Source: Marsupella aquatica | Lineage: Eukaryota; Plantae; Marchantiophyta | DNA: 64,000 nt | NCBI GenBank assembly: GCA_973895155.1 | Contig: OZ316898.1 | Location: 2,579,927 to 2,643,926, forward strand | Reading direction: 5' to 3' | In this document: piece after piece, positions 23,274 to 35,600 of the stretch | Position numbering within the stretch: position 1 is the stretch's first letter | Layout: each line of letters opens with the position of its first letter | Program-made: the position numbers and the translations under genes | The notes under the pieces: generated by a model | Seen by the model: the letters and a program-made list of their open reading frames with translations, nothing else | The model's database searches: none | What the model was told of the DNA's origin: nothing

Positions 23274-26200
23274 AGCGCCAGATCAACGCTCTGCTGCAGA
23301 GCAGCCTTGAGAGGATCTAAATCAGTGACACTGACTCGAACGAGAAGTCAGAACTCTCGCTCTCTCTGTGCTATGACAGATCGGTTCTTCGAATCGAAAC
23401 CCAACGCGCTAGAGAGAAAACGAGACGATGAGAGGGCAAAACAGCACCCCCGTCCCTTCACTGCAATTGTGGTCTCAACCAGTCAGAGGCGCGTGAAGCA
23501 CACAGATGAGGCTTCGAGCAATGCCCAAAGTGGGGACAGGCAGGCAGGCAGGCAGGCGAGCGGCGATGCAAAGTGCAGGCCACAAGCAGTCATTCAGCAA
23601 TGCACACAAGTGGGGCACAGCATTCAACGCAGCAGCAGCTGCACACTACACTCTGGTGGGTACCATCATCGGCAGCAGCTGCTGCTTGGCTTGGCAGCTT
23701 GGCTTGGCAGCTTGGCTGCTCTGTTGCCTCTCTGAAAAACGTGAGCGAGGCGGAGCGGTGAGCGAGGCGTTTGGCGTCCTGCGCCCGGGATAGACGGCCC
23801 TGGGCCGGGGATGGTCGCCCCCCCCCCCTTGGTTGGGTTGGGTTTTTTGGGTTGGCGGCCCCGGTTTTCCTTTGCGGATTCGTGCTAGGCGGCCCTGGAC
23901 CCGGTTCGTTTGGTGGGGCTGGGCCCCCACCTTGGACAGTATCTGTCTGCACTCTGGCTCTGCGCCTGCGGGTTTTTTCGTTCAGTCTTTGGAGGCGTTC
24001 CATCGGGTCACTAGGTTTATGTGTTCAGCGCGGCTTGCCACTACCGGGTTGAGGTTCTTTGACTTGGACATTCATCCCTTGTTTCTTCATTTCTTCTTTT
24101 CTGCTCCTGTTTTCTGGTGTTGTTCTTGTATTCTTTTCTCATTGTTCCATTCCGTTCCGTTTCATTTATTTTCTTTTCCTTTGTCCCCACCCTTTATCCC
24201 AGCATTTTCCCATGGAACCCCCCTCCTATCCTAGTTCCCCCCCCCCTACCACTCTTGTCCCTTTGGCTTCCCCATCCTCCACCCCTCGTTCAGCTCGCTG
24301 GTTCCGTCCCTCTTCCCCGCCCCCCCCCCCACTTCTCCTTCTGATTCCCGTGTCCAGTGTGATGCTTGTCACAGTTGGTACCAACCATCTGGTCTGACTC
24401 GTCATCGTCGCTCATGTCCTGCTCTTCGTGCTTCCTCCTCCTCTGTGCTTCCCCCTACCCCCTCCCCCGTCTGCCCCCTCTTCCTGGGATTGGCTAGCCC
24501 ATTTGGATGCCCTTGCAGCTCTTTATCCTGGTTTTCGGCATCCTCGTTTTTATACCCGGATTCCTGTGCCCTTGCTTCAGCGGGCCTTTCGTCTTCCTTT
24601 AGACCGGCTGGCGCGTGACCCCACTGAAGTCGGTGCCTGGTCCTTGCTACTCTTGCTTTCTCATTGGGTGTTGACTCTCCCTCCTCGTGGGGGCCCAGCT
24701 GGGCATAGAGAGACCATTGCCAGGTTCCAAAGGTTTTTGTCGGGGGACTGGGTTTTGCTTCAGGAGAAGTTCTATCACCGGCTACTTGCGTTGACCTCTG
24801 AGGTTGAGGAGGAACCGCTGGTCCCTCCTGTACAGCGCCGCCTTCGCCAATGCCTCTTGTTGGGGCAGGAGGGGGAGTTCTCTCGGGCCGCACGTTCCTT
24901 GGTTCCCCTTTCTCCCTCTCCCCCTTCGGTCGAGACTGTTGCGGCCCTTTGGTCCCTTCATCCCCCGGCTTCTTGCGTGGTTCCAGGTTTCATTGGAAGT
25001 TTCTCTCCGGAGGTTGAGTTCTCCCTTTCCCGTGAGATTTTTTCCTCTAACTTCCTTCATTTGCCCCGTCTTTCCGTTGGGGGCATCTCTGGGATGAGGT
25101 TTGAGCACCTCAAGGACTGCTTCTCCCCCGATGACTCGGCGTTGGGTTTCCCTGAGTTGTTCCAGGAGTGTGCTCCTGTTGCAAGTGGCCGTATTCCGCC
25201 TGTTGTTGCTCGGCTCTTGGGGGCGTGTCGGCTCATGGCTTTGGCCAAGGAGACAGGAGGTGTTTGACCCCTAGCCATTGGGGAGGTCTTGTATCATTTG
25301 GTTAGTCGTCGCATTTGTTTACAGATGAGAGCCTGTTTGCATCGCACTTCTTCCCCCACCAGTTTGGCGTGGCCACCCTAGGCGGTTGTGAGAATGTGGT
25401 ACATGGCTTGCGTGCCATTTTGGACCTCCACCCTGATTGGGGGGTAATTCAGGTGGATGTAGCCAATGCCTTCAACTCTGTCTCCCGTCGTGTGATTTTC
25501 GAGGAGCTTCGGGATGCTGGGGGGAGATTGCATCCCTCATCCCTTTTGCTTGCGCTTTTTATGGGACCCCAGCCCCTTTGGTCTACTCTGACCATCTGGC
25601 GTCTGGGACATACTCCACCATTATGTCAGAGTCCGGCACTTGGTAGGGGGATCCCCTTGGTGGAGTGTTATTTGCCTTGGCTCATCTAAGGGCCATCCGG
25701 GCATCTTCCGGTGCCTTTCCAGGTTGCTTGTTCCCCTCTGTCGTTGACAATACTCACATTGTTGCTCCTACTTCGCTTCTTGGAGATGCCTATATCCATT
25801 TTGTTCAGCAGCTTGCCATTATTGGTTTGTCAGTACAGCCTAGAAAGTGTGGGGTCTGGTCTAGTCTTCCTCTCCCGGACTCATTCACCCCCCCTCTAGA
25901 TATCCCCATTCGACATGATGGCATTTGGGTCCTTGGAGTGCCGTTTGGGGGGTTGGTCTTTGAGCAAGAGTTTGTACAGTCTGCCTTGGACCAGGATGTT
26001 TTACACCTTGACCAGCTAGTGGCTTTGGGAGATGTCCAGATTGTCTTCTTGATTCTGGTTTTGTGTTTTGTTAGCCGACCATCCTACCTTCTGCGGATGG
26101 TCCCCCCCACCCCGGTGTTTTTGTCCTTGCTCTCTTCCTTTGACACCACCATGATGCGGGTCTTTGGTCACCTCATCGGTCCAAGAGCCCTTGATGGAGA

Positions 26201-27206
26201 TGATGGTTCTTTTGCGGCTAGGCAGGCGTCTTTGCCCCCATCGGGAGGTGGTTTGGGGGTGTCCTTGGTTGTGGTTGTTGCTCCTTGTGCGTTTCTTGGT
26301 AGTTGGGCGCAGGTGGCCCCCGCCTTGGCGTCGCGTTTCATTGTGGACCTTCAACCTATCCTCTTTGACTCGGTCATGGGAGTGGAGAATGGAGCTCTCC
26401 CTTTTTAGGTCTAGCTTCGTCATGCCTGGTACGTCTTTATTACCAGAGGATGTGCAGAGTGTGGTCCCTGCTTTTGAGGGAGTTATTTTGGACAGTCCCA
26501 ACCGAGTTCAAGAGGTGATCTCTGATCGCATGCACTGATACACCCTTTCTAGCATGCTTTCCGATGCACCTTCTGACTTAGTTCAAGCGCGTCTTGTATC
26601 CGGTTTGGGCGTTGGTTCGGGGGCTTGGTTATCTGCGAGCCCATTATGGGCCCCCTTTTGTATGAGTTCTTTTGTCTTCACCAATTCCATGCGCCTCCGA
26701 CTTGGTATTCCCACCCATGCCTCCTTGGCCAACCCACATGCGTTTGTGGGGCACCCCTGGATAGGGGGGGAGTCAATATCCTTTGATGTGGTCATGGTAG
26801 TGAGCGGACGGCGACACACGATGACATATGGGATGTGGTGGCTCCCATTGCTCGTGATTTTGGGTATCATGTTATGATGGAGCAACGACATGTGTTACCA
26901 CCCCATGATGGAGTTCCGAACAGGCATCAAGCTGATTTGGTTTTCTCTCGCGCTGGTGTTCGTGCCCTTGGGGATGTGGTTGTTGTTGACTCCACAAGTG
27001 GAGCCAATTTGGCGTCCGCTGCCCATATCCCAGGTCATGATGCCACGAGGGCTGGTCGCCTCAAAGAGGAGGCTTATGCTACGCGTTACCTAGGGGACCT
27101 TTTCTACCTGTTTGTTGTGGAGGTCTTTGGAGCGCTGCACCCGACTTTTGACCATTTCTTGTGCTCTTGTGCGGTTCATTATGTCGAGCGGCGGCCTTAT
27201 CCCCCC

Positions 27207-30200
27207 TGTCACCTGCTTATCAAACGATTAACACATCAAATACCGTTGAGTTTCTACTAATAATCGTTTGTATCGTATGACGGGGACGTGGAGGGACGCT
27301 ATACAGAGTAACTTCTCACTAAGGATGAGTAGATTTGTTTCCGCTCCTGGAAATGTATTTTTTGATCAAGTCTACCGACTATACGTGCACTCCGCTTTTG
27401 ATCAAGTCCCGTGGACTGTCCTATTCCTACTCCTCCTAGTCTTTGGCAAAGTGCTGTCACCACTCTCCCACTCACAGGGTTGACCAAACCATATGAGTTT
27501 CTCTAAACATTCATGCTAGGGGAAGAACACAACCGTGCAACAAGAGAGAGAACACCACACCCAGAATTCAGGAATCCAACCAAATCCATATCTTTTGGTG
27601 AACAATGGTATACATTGCAAGGACAACCCGGCCTCCTGCCGTCTGCCCAACTCCTGCCTCCCTGGGACAATACTGTGCTGTCACCTCACTACTCTGGCTG
27701 AATTCCCTCTTCGGCCTGCTAGACAACTTCCCTCAAACAAACACTAGACTGAGTTCCCCCCCCAACAACTTCGGGGCTCTCCCCCTAAATACCGAAAAAC
27801 CACACCAAAGCACCCCTCGTGGGGTCACAACGATGGCGGCTACCCTAGCGGCGCCGCTAAAACCCTGCACTAAGAAATCCCTAAACTAAAAAGACATGCG
27901 GCACACACATGCTACTAAAACCCTAAACCCTAAACAAGGGGCCGATGGTGCCTTCAACAGCGCCCCAACTATACTCCGTGAACCCCGAAAGTGCAAGGCA
28001 CCCCACAATGGCCGAAACTAGGTGCCCTATCAATTGTACTTTTGAGCTCACCCTTGGATAGCCCTTCTCCTCCTGATCCCGAATCACTCAGCCGCACTCG
28101 CAACGGACATCGGGCGCCTGAGTTATGGTCGTTTCCGTATCGCGAAAACACAATTTCGCCGGGCCATAACTTGCTCATCCTGGCTCCGTTTGAGGAGCGC
28201 CGCCTCTTGTGGGAATCAGCTCCGCGAGCTCTTTCCAACAAGCCCGTGAGTGACCCCTCACAAAAAAGTTGGAAATCCAGAGGCCGTACAACCACATCCG
28301 TACGACTATCTACTCCTCCTCTTCTTCACTCTCGTTGCCCTGGCTTGTGCCCCGTGAGTGGGCCTCCTCTTCATCACTCACGGGAGTGAGTGCCACCTCA
28401 CTTTTCTTCTTCTTTACCGGGGTACTCTTTGTGCTGCCGCTCCCTTGCTTCCTCAAAGTGGCCAAGGCCTGCCACGCCTTGATGTACCCCTCACCAATGG
28501 TGTCCTTCCATAGGGTAGCCTCTTCTCCGGATCGCAACTCCAACGGTAGAACTTGCCCTGTGGCCATGGGAGTCCCGGGGGTGACAGACCTGGATGGCAT
28601 CCCCGTATTGACCTGAGCCTCCCGTAACGATTTCCGTACCTCCCGAAGCTTCTTCTCCAAGCCCTTGCTCTTCTCCTGACTCTTCTTGGCTCCATCCAAC
28701 AAGGGCCCATACTTCCCACTAACCTCCTTCACCACCATCTCAATAGCCTGGGAGATCAAATCCGGGGAAAGTGTGGAGCTAGGTGTGTCGGGGCTCTTAC
28801 GTTTCCCCAGACTCAAGGCCTCACTCCTCTTTGCTTGTGTCTCAAAGGCGGCCACCTGACTTCGTAGTGCTCCCACCTGGTTTCTCCACTCCACCACTTC
28901 TCCAGAATTCTGCTTCTCTTTGGCCAATGCTTGTCTCAACGCTCCCACCTCTTCTGCTTCCTTGGCCTTGGTGGACAAGGCTCCCTTCAAGTTGGAGATC
29001 TCTACGTGAGCTGCTTGGAGAAGCTTATCCTTCTCATGAATGGTCCCCTCCTTGGCCTTGATCACCTCCTTCAGAGACAGGGTACTCTGCTCTAACGTCT
29101 CTACTCTGCCTGTGGCGTGCTTGAGAGAATCTCTCAATGCGTGGACTAGCTTGAGTCCCTCATGGACTCCCTCTCTGAAATCCCGTAGCTCTGCCAGGTA
29201 AACATCCGGAATGTTGTAGACCAGGGGCTTTTTCGGATCTCCCACGAGTGATTCAAGCCACTCCAACGTGTAGTCCTCATCCTGGTTTTCTTCTCCTCTA
29301 TCGTCATCCCCACCAGCCGACGATGATTCCTCCGTGAGCTTCCCTAAAACGGTAGTGGCAATACTCCGGATCTCCGTGGTGAGAGATGATCCCGTGTCTT
29401 CCTGTCCCGGGGAACCAATCAACCCTTCTGCCCTGGCCAATACAAATGACCCCATCAAATGTACAGCCCCACCTGGTTTCACACTCCCGGGATCAGCGGC
29501 CAAAAGCTTCTTCAACCCGTAGTACCACCATCCGTACACATGGGCTGGGTGGTTTTTGATGTCCATAGCTACCACGAAATGCTCTTCATTCACCACCCCG
29601 GATTGCACGTTGCCAAGGACCCGTTGATGAACCTTGGCCAGGAATCCCTTATACTCAACATCCTTGACAGCGGAAAGAGGGATGGCAGTGGTGGAGGTGG
29701 GATTAATCACCCAAGTGGCCACCATCTTCAACGTGAGTTCTCCCCTAATGTGCCGAGGTGTGAATGAGAATTTCTGATTCTCCAGAAACAACAGCCTAGC
29801 CAACTCCACATGGGGCACTACACGTTTGAGACATTCAAAGTAGATTCCCTCCGTTTGTAACTCCATCCCGGCCTCAATGTCCCAGCTCTTCTCCGGAGGG
29901 ATGGTAATCTCCACCTTCATGAATTCTGTAACCCCGATGACTTGGAAAATATTCCGACAATCCTCCATCACCTTGGCGGAGGTCTTGGGATAAATTCGAC
30001 AAAAAATCCTCCTACCCACCGGTGTGGAACCTGCTGCCAATCCTGTGCTCATCGTAGCTTCTCTCTCTTCTCTCTCCCTTGCAATCAAAGTCTCCACGTA
30101 GTCACGGTAAGCAGCCTTGTATCTCCGAATGTGTGCCACACTAAACTCCGGTTGATCTAGCATTCATGCATCTCGAAATCAAATCCTCAATCACCAAATC

Positions 30201-31427
30201 CCGTCACCCGTAGCAATGTCAATTCCCTGGCCCGAAACAGCCCCCGTAGCCCGATTAATTTATTTCTCTCAATCCCCTCCGAATCCACTCCGTGCTGCTG
30301 CCGCTCATGCCTCCTTTCGCCATGCGCCCCTGTGCCCTCTCTTGCCTTGCCTCGCGGGGCGTTTAATGGCGCGCGGCCCTATGTAGGGCGCATTGCCATT
30401 GGGGCGCCACGGCCCCAGCTTGCTCGCGGGTCCCGGCTGCTCCCCGTTAATGGCCCTCCCCAGGCCCCGATGCCCCCTGCGCCTCGCTCGCGGGAGCTTA
30501 ATTGCCCCCTCCCCCGACTGCCCTCTCCCACTCGCGGCCACCCCTGCTCGCGGGCTCACAGGAGGGTTTAATACCCCCCCTCCTTTACTCCTCTTACTCC
30601 TCCTCCGCGGCCCGGCTGCCCACGCCCTGGCTGCCCTCTCTCAGCCTGGGGATTCCACGTGGCGGCTCTAGGGCTGCCCCTTATGGGCCCCCAAGTGCTC
30701 GCCCTCTCCCACTCGCGGCCTCCCTACTTAGTACTCGTGGTGCCCCTTAAGGTTTTGGGCACACAGCCCTATGGGCTCGCCTACGAAGCCCTCCTTAAGG
30801 GAGGGTTTTAATTAAAACCTCCCCTTATGTTTCTTTTTTTTTCTTTTCCGCCTCCTCATGTGTGCGTCCGGCTGCCCACTCGCGGGGCTCGGTAAGAGGT
30901 CTCCGTTAGAGGGGCTCCTTGAGAGGGCTTAATCGTCCCCCTTGCCATGCGCCCCGCCTGCCCTTATGGAGACGCCAGGTGGCGCCCACCTGGGTTGCCC
31001 CTTATGGGGATTCCACGTGGCAGCTCCAGGGCTGCCCCTTATGGATCCCCTCATACTCTTTAAGGCCCGGCTCCCTAGCTGCCCACTCGCGGAAGGATTT
31101 AATGGGGGTTTAATTAAACCCCCCATACTCCCCCAGTCCTGCCTGAGTGTTGCTTTAGAAGGGGTGTTACCAAAAAAATTAAAAATGCTTATTTCCCGGA
31201 CTTCCTTATCTTCCCGGAAAGTCACGATTTTAAACCCCCCCAAGTTTTGCCCCATAATTAACCCGGGTCTAGACAAAACTGTTGGGGTCTCCGACTATCC
31301 CGAGATGCTTAAAAAACTTTACAAACTTAAAGAACATTAAAAAAACTCGCGGTCTATGGGCTTATTTATTTACAGGTGTCTTGCTGGTGACACTAATGGT
31401 GACTTACCGTGGCGGGACCCCGTCACA
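27207..31427. mobile_element. 4221-bp TG...CA-bounded insertion (giant solo LTR candidate, Tat/Ogre-like ends) in a poly-C target
   Basis: The host ORF is split at ERRPYPP|PVSVITAF. The insert starts TGTCAC (27207) and ends GTCACA (31427), with C6 runs on both sides (TSD). No internal long direct repeats and no gag/pol. Confidence 0.8.
28310..30163 (-). CDS. Intact 617-aa ORF inside the 4.2-kb insert: N-terminal globular domain resembling retrotransposon accessory ('putative plant transposon') proteins, long coiled coil, basic/acidic tail
   Basis: Unbroken 1854-nt ORF with a heptad-rich segment (LKHATGRVETLEQSTLSLKEVIKAKEGTIHEKDKLLQAAHVEISNLK...) and NLS-like GKRKSP and PVKKKKS. The family resemblance is recalled, not computed. 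Confidence 0.7.
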   Translation of the reverse strand: MLDQPEFSVAHIRRYKAAYRDYVETLIAREREEREATMSTGLAAGSTPVGRRIFCRIYPKTSAKVMEDCRNIFQVIGVTEFMKVEITIPPEKSWDIEAGMELQTEGIYFECLKRVVPHVELARLLFLENQKFSFTPRHIRGELTLKMVATWVINPTSTTAIPLSAVKDVEYKGFLAKVHQRVLGNVQSGVVNEEHFVVAMDIKNHPAHVYGWWYYGLKKLLAADPGSVKPGGAVHLMGSFVLARAEGLIGSPGQEDTGSSLTTEIRSIATTVLGKLTEESSSAGGDDDRGEENQDEDYTLEWLESLVGDPKKPLVYNIPDVYLAELRDFREGVHEGLKLVHALRDSLKHATGRVETLEQSTLSLKEVIKAKEGTIHEKDKLLQAAHVEISNLKGALSTKAKEAEEVGALRQALAKEKQNSGEVVEWRNQVGALRSQVAAFETQAKRSEALSLGKRKSPDTPSSTLSPDLISQAIEMVVKEVSGKYGPLLDGAKKSQEKSKGLEKKLREVRKSLREAQVNTGMPSRSVTPGTPMATGQVLPLELRSGEEATLWKDTIGEGYIKAWQALATLRKQGSGSTKSTPVKKKKSEVALTPVSDEEEAHSRGTSQGNESEEEEE

Positions 31428-32226
31428 CCCCCCGGTCTCTGTTATCACAGCCTTTTTAAGACAGCGGGTATCTATTGCTCTTCAGTGGGCACAGGCCTTC
31501 ACTATCCTTCTTAGAGGAGAGGCGGTTGGAATCCAGGCATCTAGTCGGATTCCCTTGCTTGACCCCCCGATGCAGTTCATGACGGAGCTTTATCAGGCCC
31601 TTCAATTTGCCGTTGGGTAGTCTTTAGGTTACTGTGTCCTTTTTTTTCCTTGAGCTGGGCTTGTGCCTGGTCTTTTTGGTTTTTGCTCTTTGGCCTTTTG
31701 GCCCTTTTTCTTGTTTTCCCTTGATTGGATTTTTTGGCCTGTGGTATCCTGTCTCCCGGTCCAGCTCCCCCTGCTCTTTGGCAGTTTGATATATATCTGT
31801 TGCCTCTCTTCTTGGGTCATGGGCAGCCAGCAGAGCAGAGGCGAGAGAGAAAGGCCCTGCAAATCCTGCAGGAGAAATGAGCTCTCGAGCCAGCGAATGA
31901 GTGCGGCATCGGGTTCACAGGATGGGCACACTGCTGGCAGGGAGAAGGGAGAGGAAACAGGGAAGACGAACCCTTTTCCAAAGGAAACCAAAAACATCCT
32001 GAATCTAGTCGTGATTCTTTTGAAGTTATTTCTGGGGGGCTTTTTTGTTTTCTTTTTTTTGTGGGATACCCCTTCACTTGTTGGGCATATTTCTGGGGGG
32101 CTTTTTGTTGTTGTTGTGGGATACCCCTTCACTTGTTGGGCCTCTTTGGTTAGTCCTGGGATTTATTGGGTTCTTTTGCCTCTGGATCATGTTTCCTGGT
32201 TTGGCCCTCCTATCTTTTCGACAATT

Positions 32227-32228
<2 letters not shown>

Positions 32229-32269
<41 letters not shown>
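32229..32269 (+). repeat. (AT)20 microsatellite at the 3' end of the CRE-like element
   Basis: Perfect dinucleotide run immediately after the element's T-rich 3'UTR. Confidence 0.95.
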
Positions 32270-32272
<3 letters not shown>

Positions 32273-32287
32273 ATTAATATATGGGGA

Positions 32288-32440
32288 TTAATTAAGGGAA
32301 CCTATGAACAAGATTCCTTTGTATGACCCAGATGTGATCACATCCTCCTTACAGATGCTTTTACTTTAATTAAGGGAGCGGAAGAACAAGATTCCTTTCT
32401 ATGACCGAGATGTGATGGCATCCCCCTTACAGATGCTTTT
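32288..32440 (+). repeat. Degenerate ~78-bp tandem duplication
   Basis: ttaattaaggga...gaacaagattccttt.tatgacc.agatgtgat..catcc.ccttacagatgcttttt occurs twice. Confidence 0.8.
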
Positions 32441-34199
32441 TGTTTTTACAGATGTTGATACTGTAGGGACCATCAGTTCACACAAAAAATTGAAATTTTC
32501 GAAATTATTTAATTCCTGGACTAACATTTGCTAGTGAAACTTTGGAAATTTTATAATATATATTTTACAAATGCTCTAAGCAATTTGAGGTATACACTGA
32601 CTTATCAATGTAGACATTCCTTTAATAGTGGAAAATGAAACCTAAATAAATCATGTGTGGCACATGAAATACAGTGGGGATGGTCAGGTTTGAGCATTCA
32701 ATCAGGGCAGCTAGGCGCAAACCTGATTGTCCCTATGGTATTTCGTGTGTCACTTGGGTACTCCAAAAGACAGCCCCTTAGTCTTCTCCTGTATGTCCTG
32801 CACGATATTAGACAATGTCTTTTCCCCTGGCAGGGGGTGGCAGGTGTGAAGCCTAGGTGACTTAAACTTATCATAGCAAAGTAATATTGTTGATAAACCT
32901 ACTGTAGTTGATTTTTCACACTTCCTATCCCAATCACATGCTTTAGCCATTGTCTGTAACTAAAATTTCCGCTATGACAAGATAGGGTACATACATAGAA
33001 AATCATTACACCAATTGCAACTAGAAAGCTTACCGGCTGTTAACTTATTGTATTTTCTAGTATACCATGTGATTAGATTAAATACCCATATTTTATAGTG
33101 AAAATGTTCTTTAATTATGTGGTTGAATTTAAATATTCTATCTATTTTACTTTATAAAATGTACACAAGGAGTAGTATTCTCTAGATTGTATAGTAAACA
33201 CCTTAGTTGTTTTGGTAAAAATTATATGAAAATAAATATTTTGGATCACATGTGGTTTTTACATATTTATGTTGAACTCCCCCCTCTGGGTTTAATTTAG
33301 TGTATATTTTGGGGCCGTGTGCGATCTTAGCATAATATAAATACATCTATTTTATAAATAAAATGTTCTAAAAATATTTTATATTTTCACTATTAATGAC
33401 ATATTTTTCTTTATAAAAGATATATATTAGAGAATATTCCATAATTGAGAATTTATAATATCTTCTTTTACCTCCTCCGCTTTTTAAAATTTTGTTCATT
33501 TCTCTCCAAAATTACCTATTTTAGATCTCACACGGTTCTTAAGATTTTTTATACTCACTCCCCCCAAGCCCCTCAGAGGAGCGCAGGGGCCCAAGACACT
33601 CCAGTTCATTAGAAATTTTTTCCTTTTGAAACTAATTAAACTTTATTGCAAAAATCAAATTACACAAATACTAAAGTTAAAAATCATTTAAAAGTTGGAA
33701 CATAGCTGTCCAAGAAAAATTAAGAAACACAAGAGCATGGTTAAAACCATACAAGCATTATCTTGACAATTGTATTAATTTTTTAAGGGAACTTAGTAAC
33801 AAAGCCCAATTTCTACCTACAAAAACTGATTGCGAAGCCTCTTGCCTCAAAAGCATCAAAGGGATTTGGATGAACACATACTGACAAGGTTCCATGCGCA
33901 TGGGGTAGTGGGTATAATCATTCCCGCTCCCACCCCGTAATCCTATACACACTTTATTTACAATGTGTACATAGTATTTGCAGAGAAATAATTCGAGAAT
34001 TGTTGGCCAATGAGAATAAAGTGTACATTGTATTGGAAGAGTATACACTGCAATTGTAAGGGGGAGTAATAACTCCCCTCCACTTGGATGGGAAATTAAT
34101 CAATATTCCCTTCTTCTTCTAAATATACTCATGTGCTTTTCACTCCTTTTACTATTCCGCACTTGTTGCTGTTTCATCTGGCCCCCTTGCCCCACCATG

Positions 34200-35600
34200 A
34201 TCATACTCCCTGCTCCACACTGCATGGAACCCCCGATGGAACCTAGCAGTTAGCATAGCTTGTGCACAGAGAACTGTTGTTTCTACAAATAAACTAAGCA
34301 AACGGGCAAGGACGATTAGAGTAAAGATTCTGCAATGGTTCAAATATTTATCCTGGTCATGTCAATATTGGTTGTTCGGAACGTGGTATTCTTCATAGAA
34401 CTTGCTGCGTCTATGGCCAAATTAATCATGGCCACTCCTCATTGATTATCTTCTAATATCCTTTTTAAAGCCCAAGGTTGTGATTACATGCAACAATTCT
34501 AAATGTCAGTGGTCTTTAATCATCAATCACACTTTTCATGTATCATTCGATCAGACTTTGAATTCTTACTATTTAGATGTGCTGGATGCAAAACCTACAT
34601 GACTCTTAATTTGATTATATACCAGTTTGATTCAAAGTTCAGTTTTTTATTCTTTGCCCAACACAACAAAGATTTTAATTCATTCTGGGAAATGGGCCAC
34701 CTTGCTCTTGAGCTTCCTCACTTCCATTTTCTTAAGAGTCACATATGTCTGTGTTTCTCCTAAATGTCAACTGAAGATTGTCAATGAGTATTTTCTCTTG
34801 TCTCCCAAAGGTTTCATTTCATACAATTTTCATTTTCTAATCATCCTTGACATAAAATTAATTGCAATACACAACCTACTCGGGCTTCTCAATATCCTAG
34901 TTCTGTAAAGATTGTTGAGTTTCATTGGCTAGTTCTTGACATGAGATGACTAACAAGATCAGAAAGATATGGAAAGTTTGGGCTCAAGAGCATAGGCTTT
35001 GCTTTTGGCCTGTTCATTAAAGCTTTTTCAGGAGTTTTACATGAAGTTCACTCCCATAATACATGCCTTCTCTTTCATGCAAACTGTGAAAATCCAACCA
35101 ATAAAACTCCCTAACTGTGAAACTCTTCATGATCTTCCAAATTGCAAAGAAGCAACTCATTATCAACATAAATTCTTGTCACCTTTGGCAACGTCCACTC
35201 CACCTCAATTCACTTCATTCCATTTGCTTCCCCCATTGAAGGTTGTGGAGCATTTGACTTTACCATACTTTTATCTACAAGTGATTGATCCATTGACAAG
35301 GCTACATGGCACCTTCTTAATGGTAAGAAGAGGTTGCTTGATTGTATATTTAATGCTTGAGTTGATTCCTTTCTCAGTTCTACAACATTTGATTCCTCCA
35401 TTTTGTATTTTACAGAGGAATGCTTGAATTTTCAATTTCTCAAGAGTATTGCACTTCATGTTGTTAATATGTGCCTCCTGGCTATTGATTATTTTATCAA
35501 TTGACCAATGGAACACGCATCTTGATTGTCATAAAAATATTTGTTGTCATTGAGATTTGTGAACCACAATCAATTATGGCAACTTATGTTAAATCACATA
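34200..35600 (-). mobile_element. Highly decayed L1-like LINE reverse-transcriptase relic
   Basis: The - strand fragments IDKIINSQEAHI, SLVNGSIT and RIYVDN appear in the order expected for LINE RT subdomains, with many stops. Confidence 0.3.

Larger units (their letters stand above)
23770..32228 (+). mobile_element. Near-full-length decayed CRE-like (R2 superclade, RLE) non-LTR retrotransposon, interrupted by a 4.2-kb insert
   Basis: RT motifs across frames: GGV*PLAIGE, HQFGVATLGGCENVVH, IQVDVANAFNSVSR, *GDPLGG.LF, VVDN (degenerate YxDD) and GIWVLGVPFG. These are followed by GSGAWL, a C-x-C...H zinc knuckle and a PD-(D/E)xK-type RLE (ADLVF...DVVVVD...KEEAY). No APE domain. Multiple stops and frameshifts; the C-terminus resumes at ~31434-31620 and the element ends at an (AT)n tract. 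The 5' boundary is approximate. Confidence 0.85.

Noticed and set aside
23740-23950. HDV-like or hammerhead ribozyme at the retrotransposon 5' end
   Set aside because: The region is GC-rich and foldable, but the catalytic core motifs could not be placed by eye; a covariance-model search is needed.
27207-31392. TIR DNA transposon using TGTCACCTGC / GCTGGTGACA as inverted repeats
   Set aside because: The 9/10 inverted match is real, but host-ORF homology and the poly-C duplication place the right end at 31427, leaving 35 bp unexplained by a TIR model. There are no transposase motifs.
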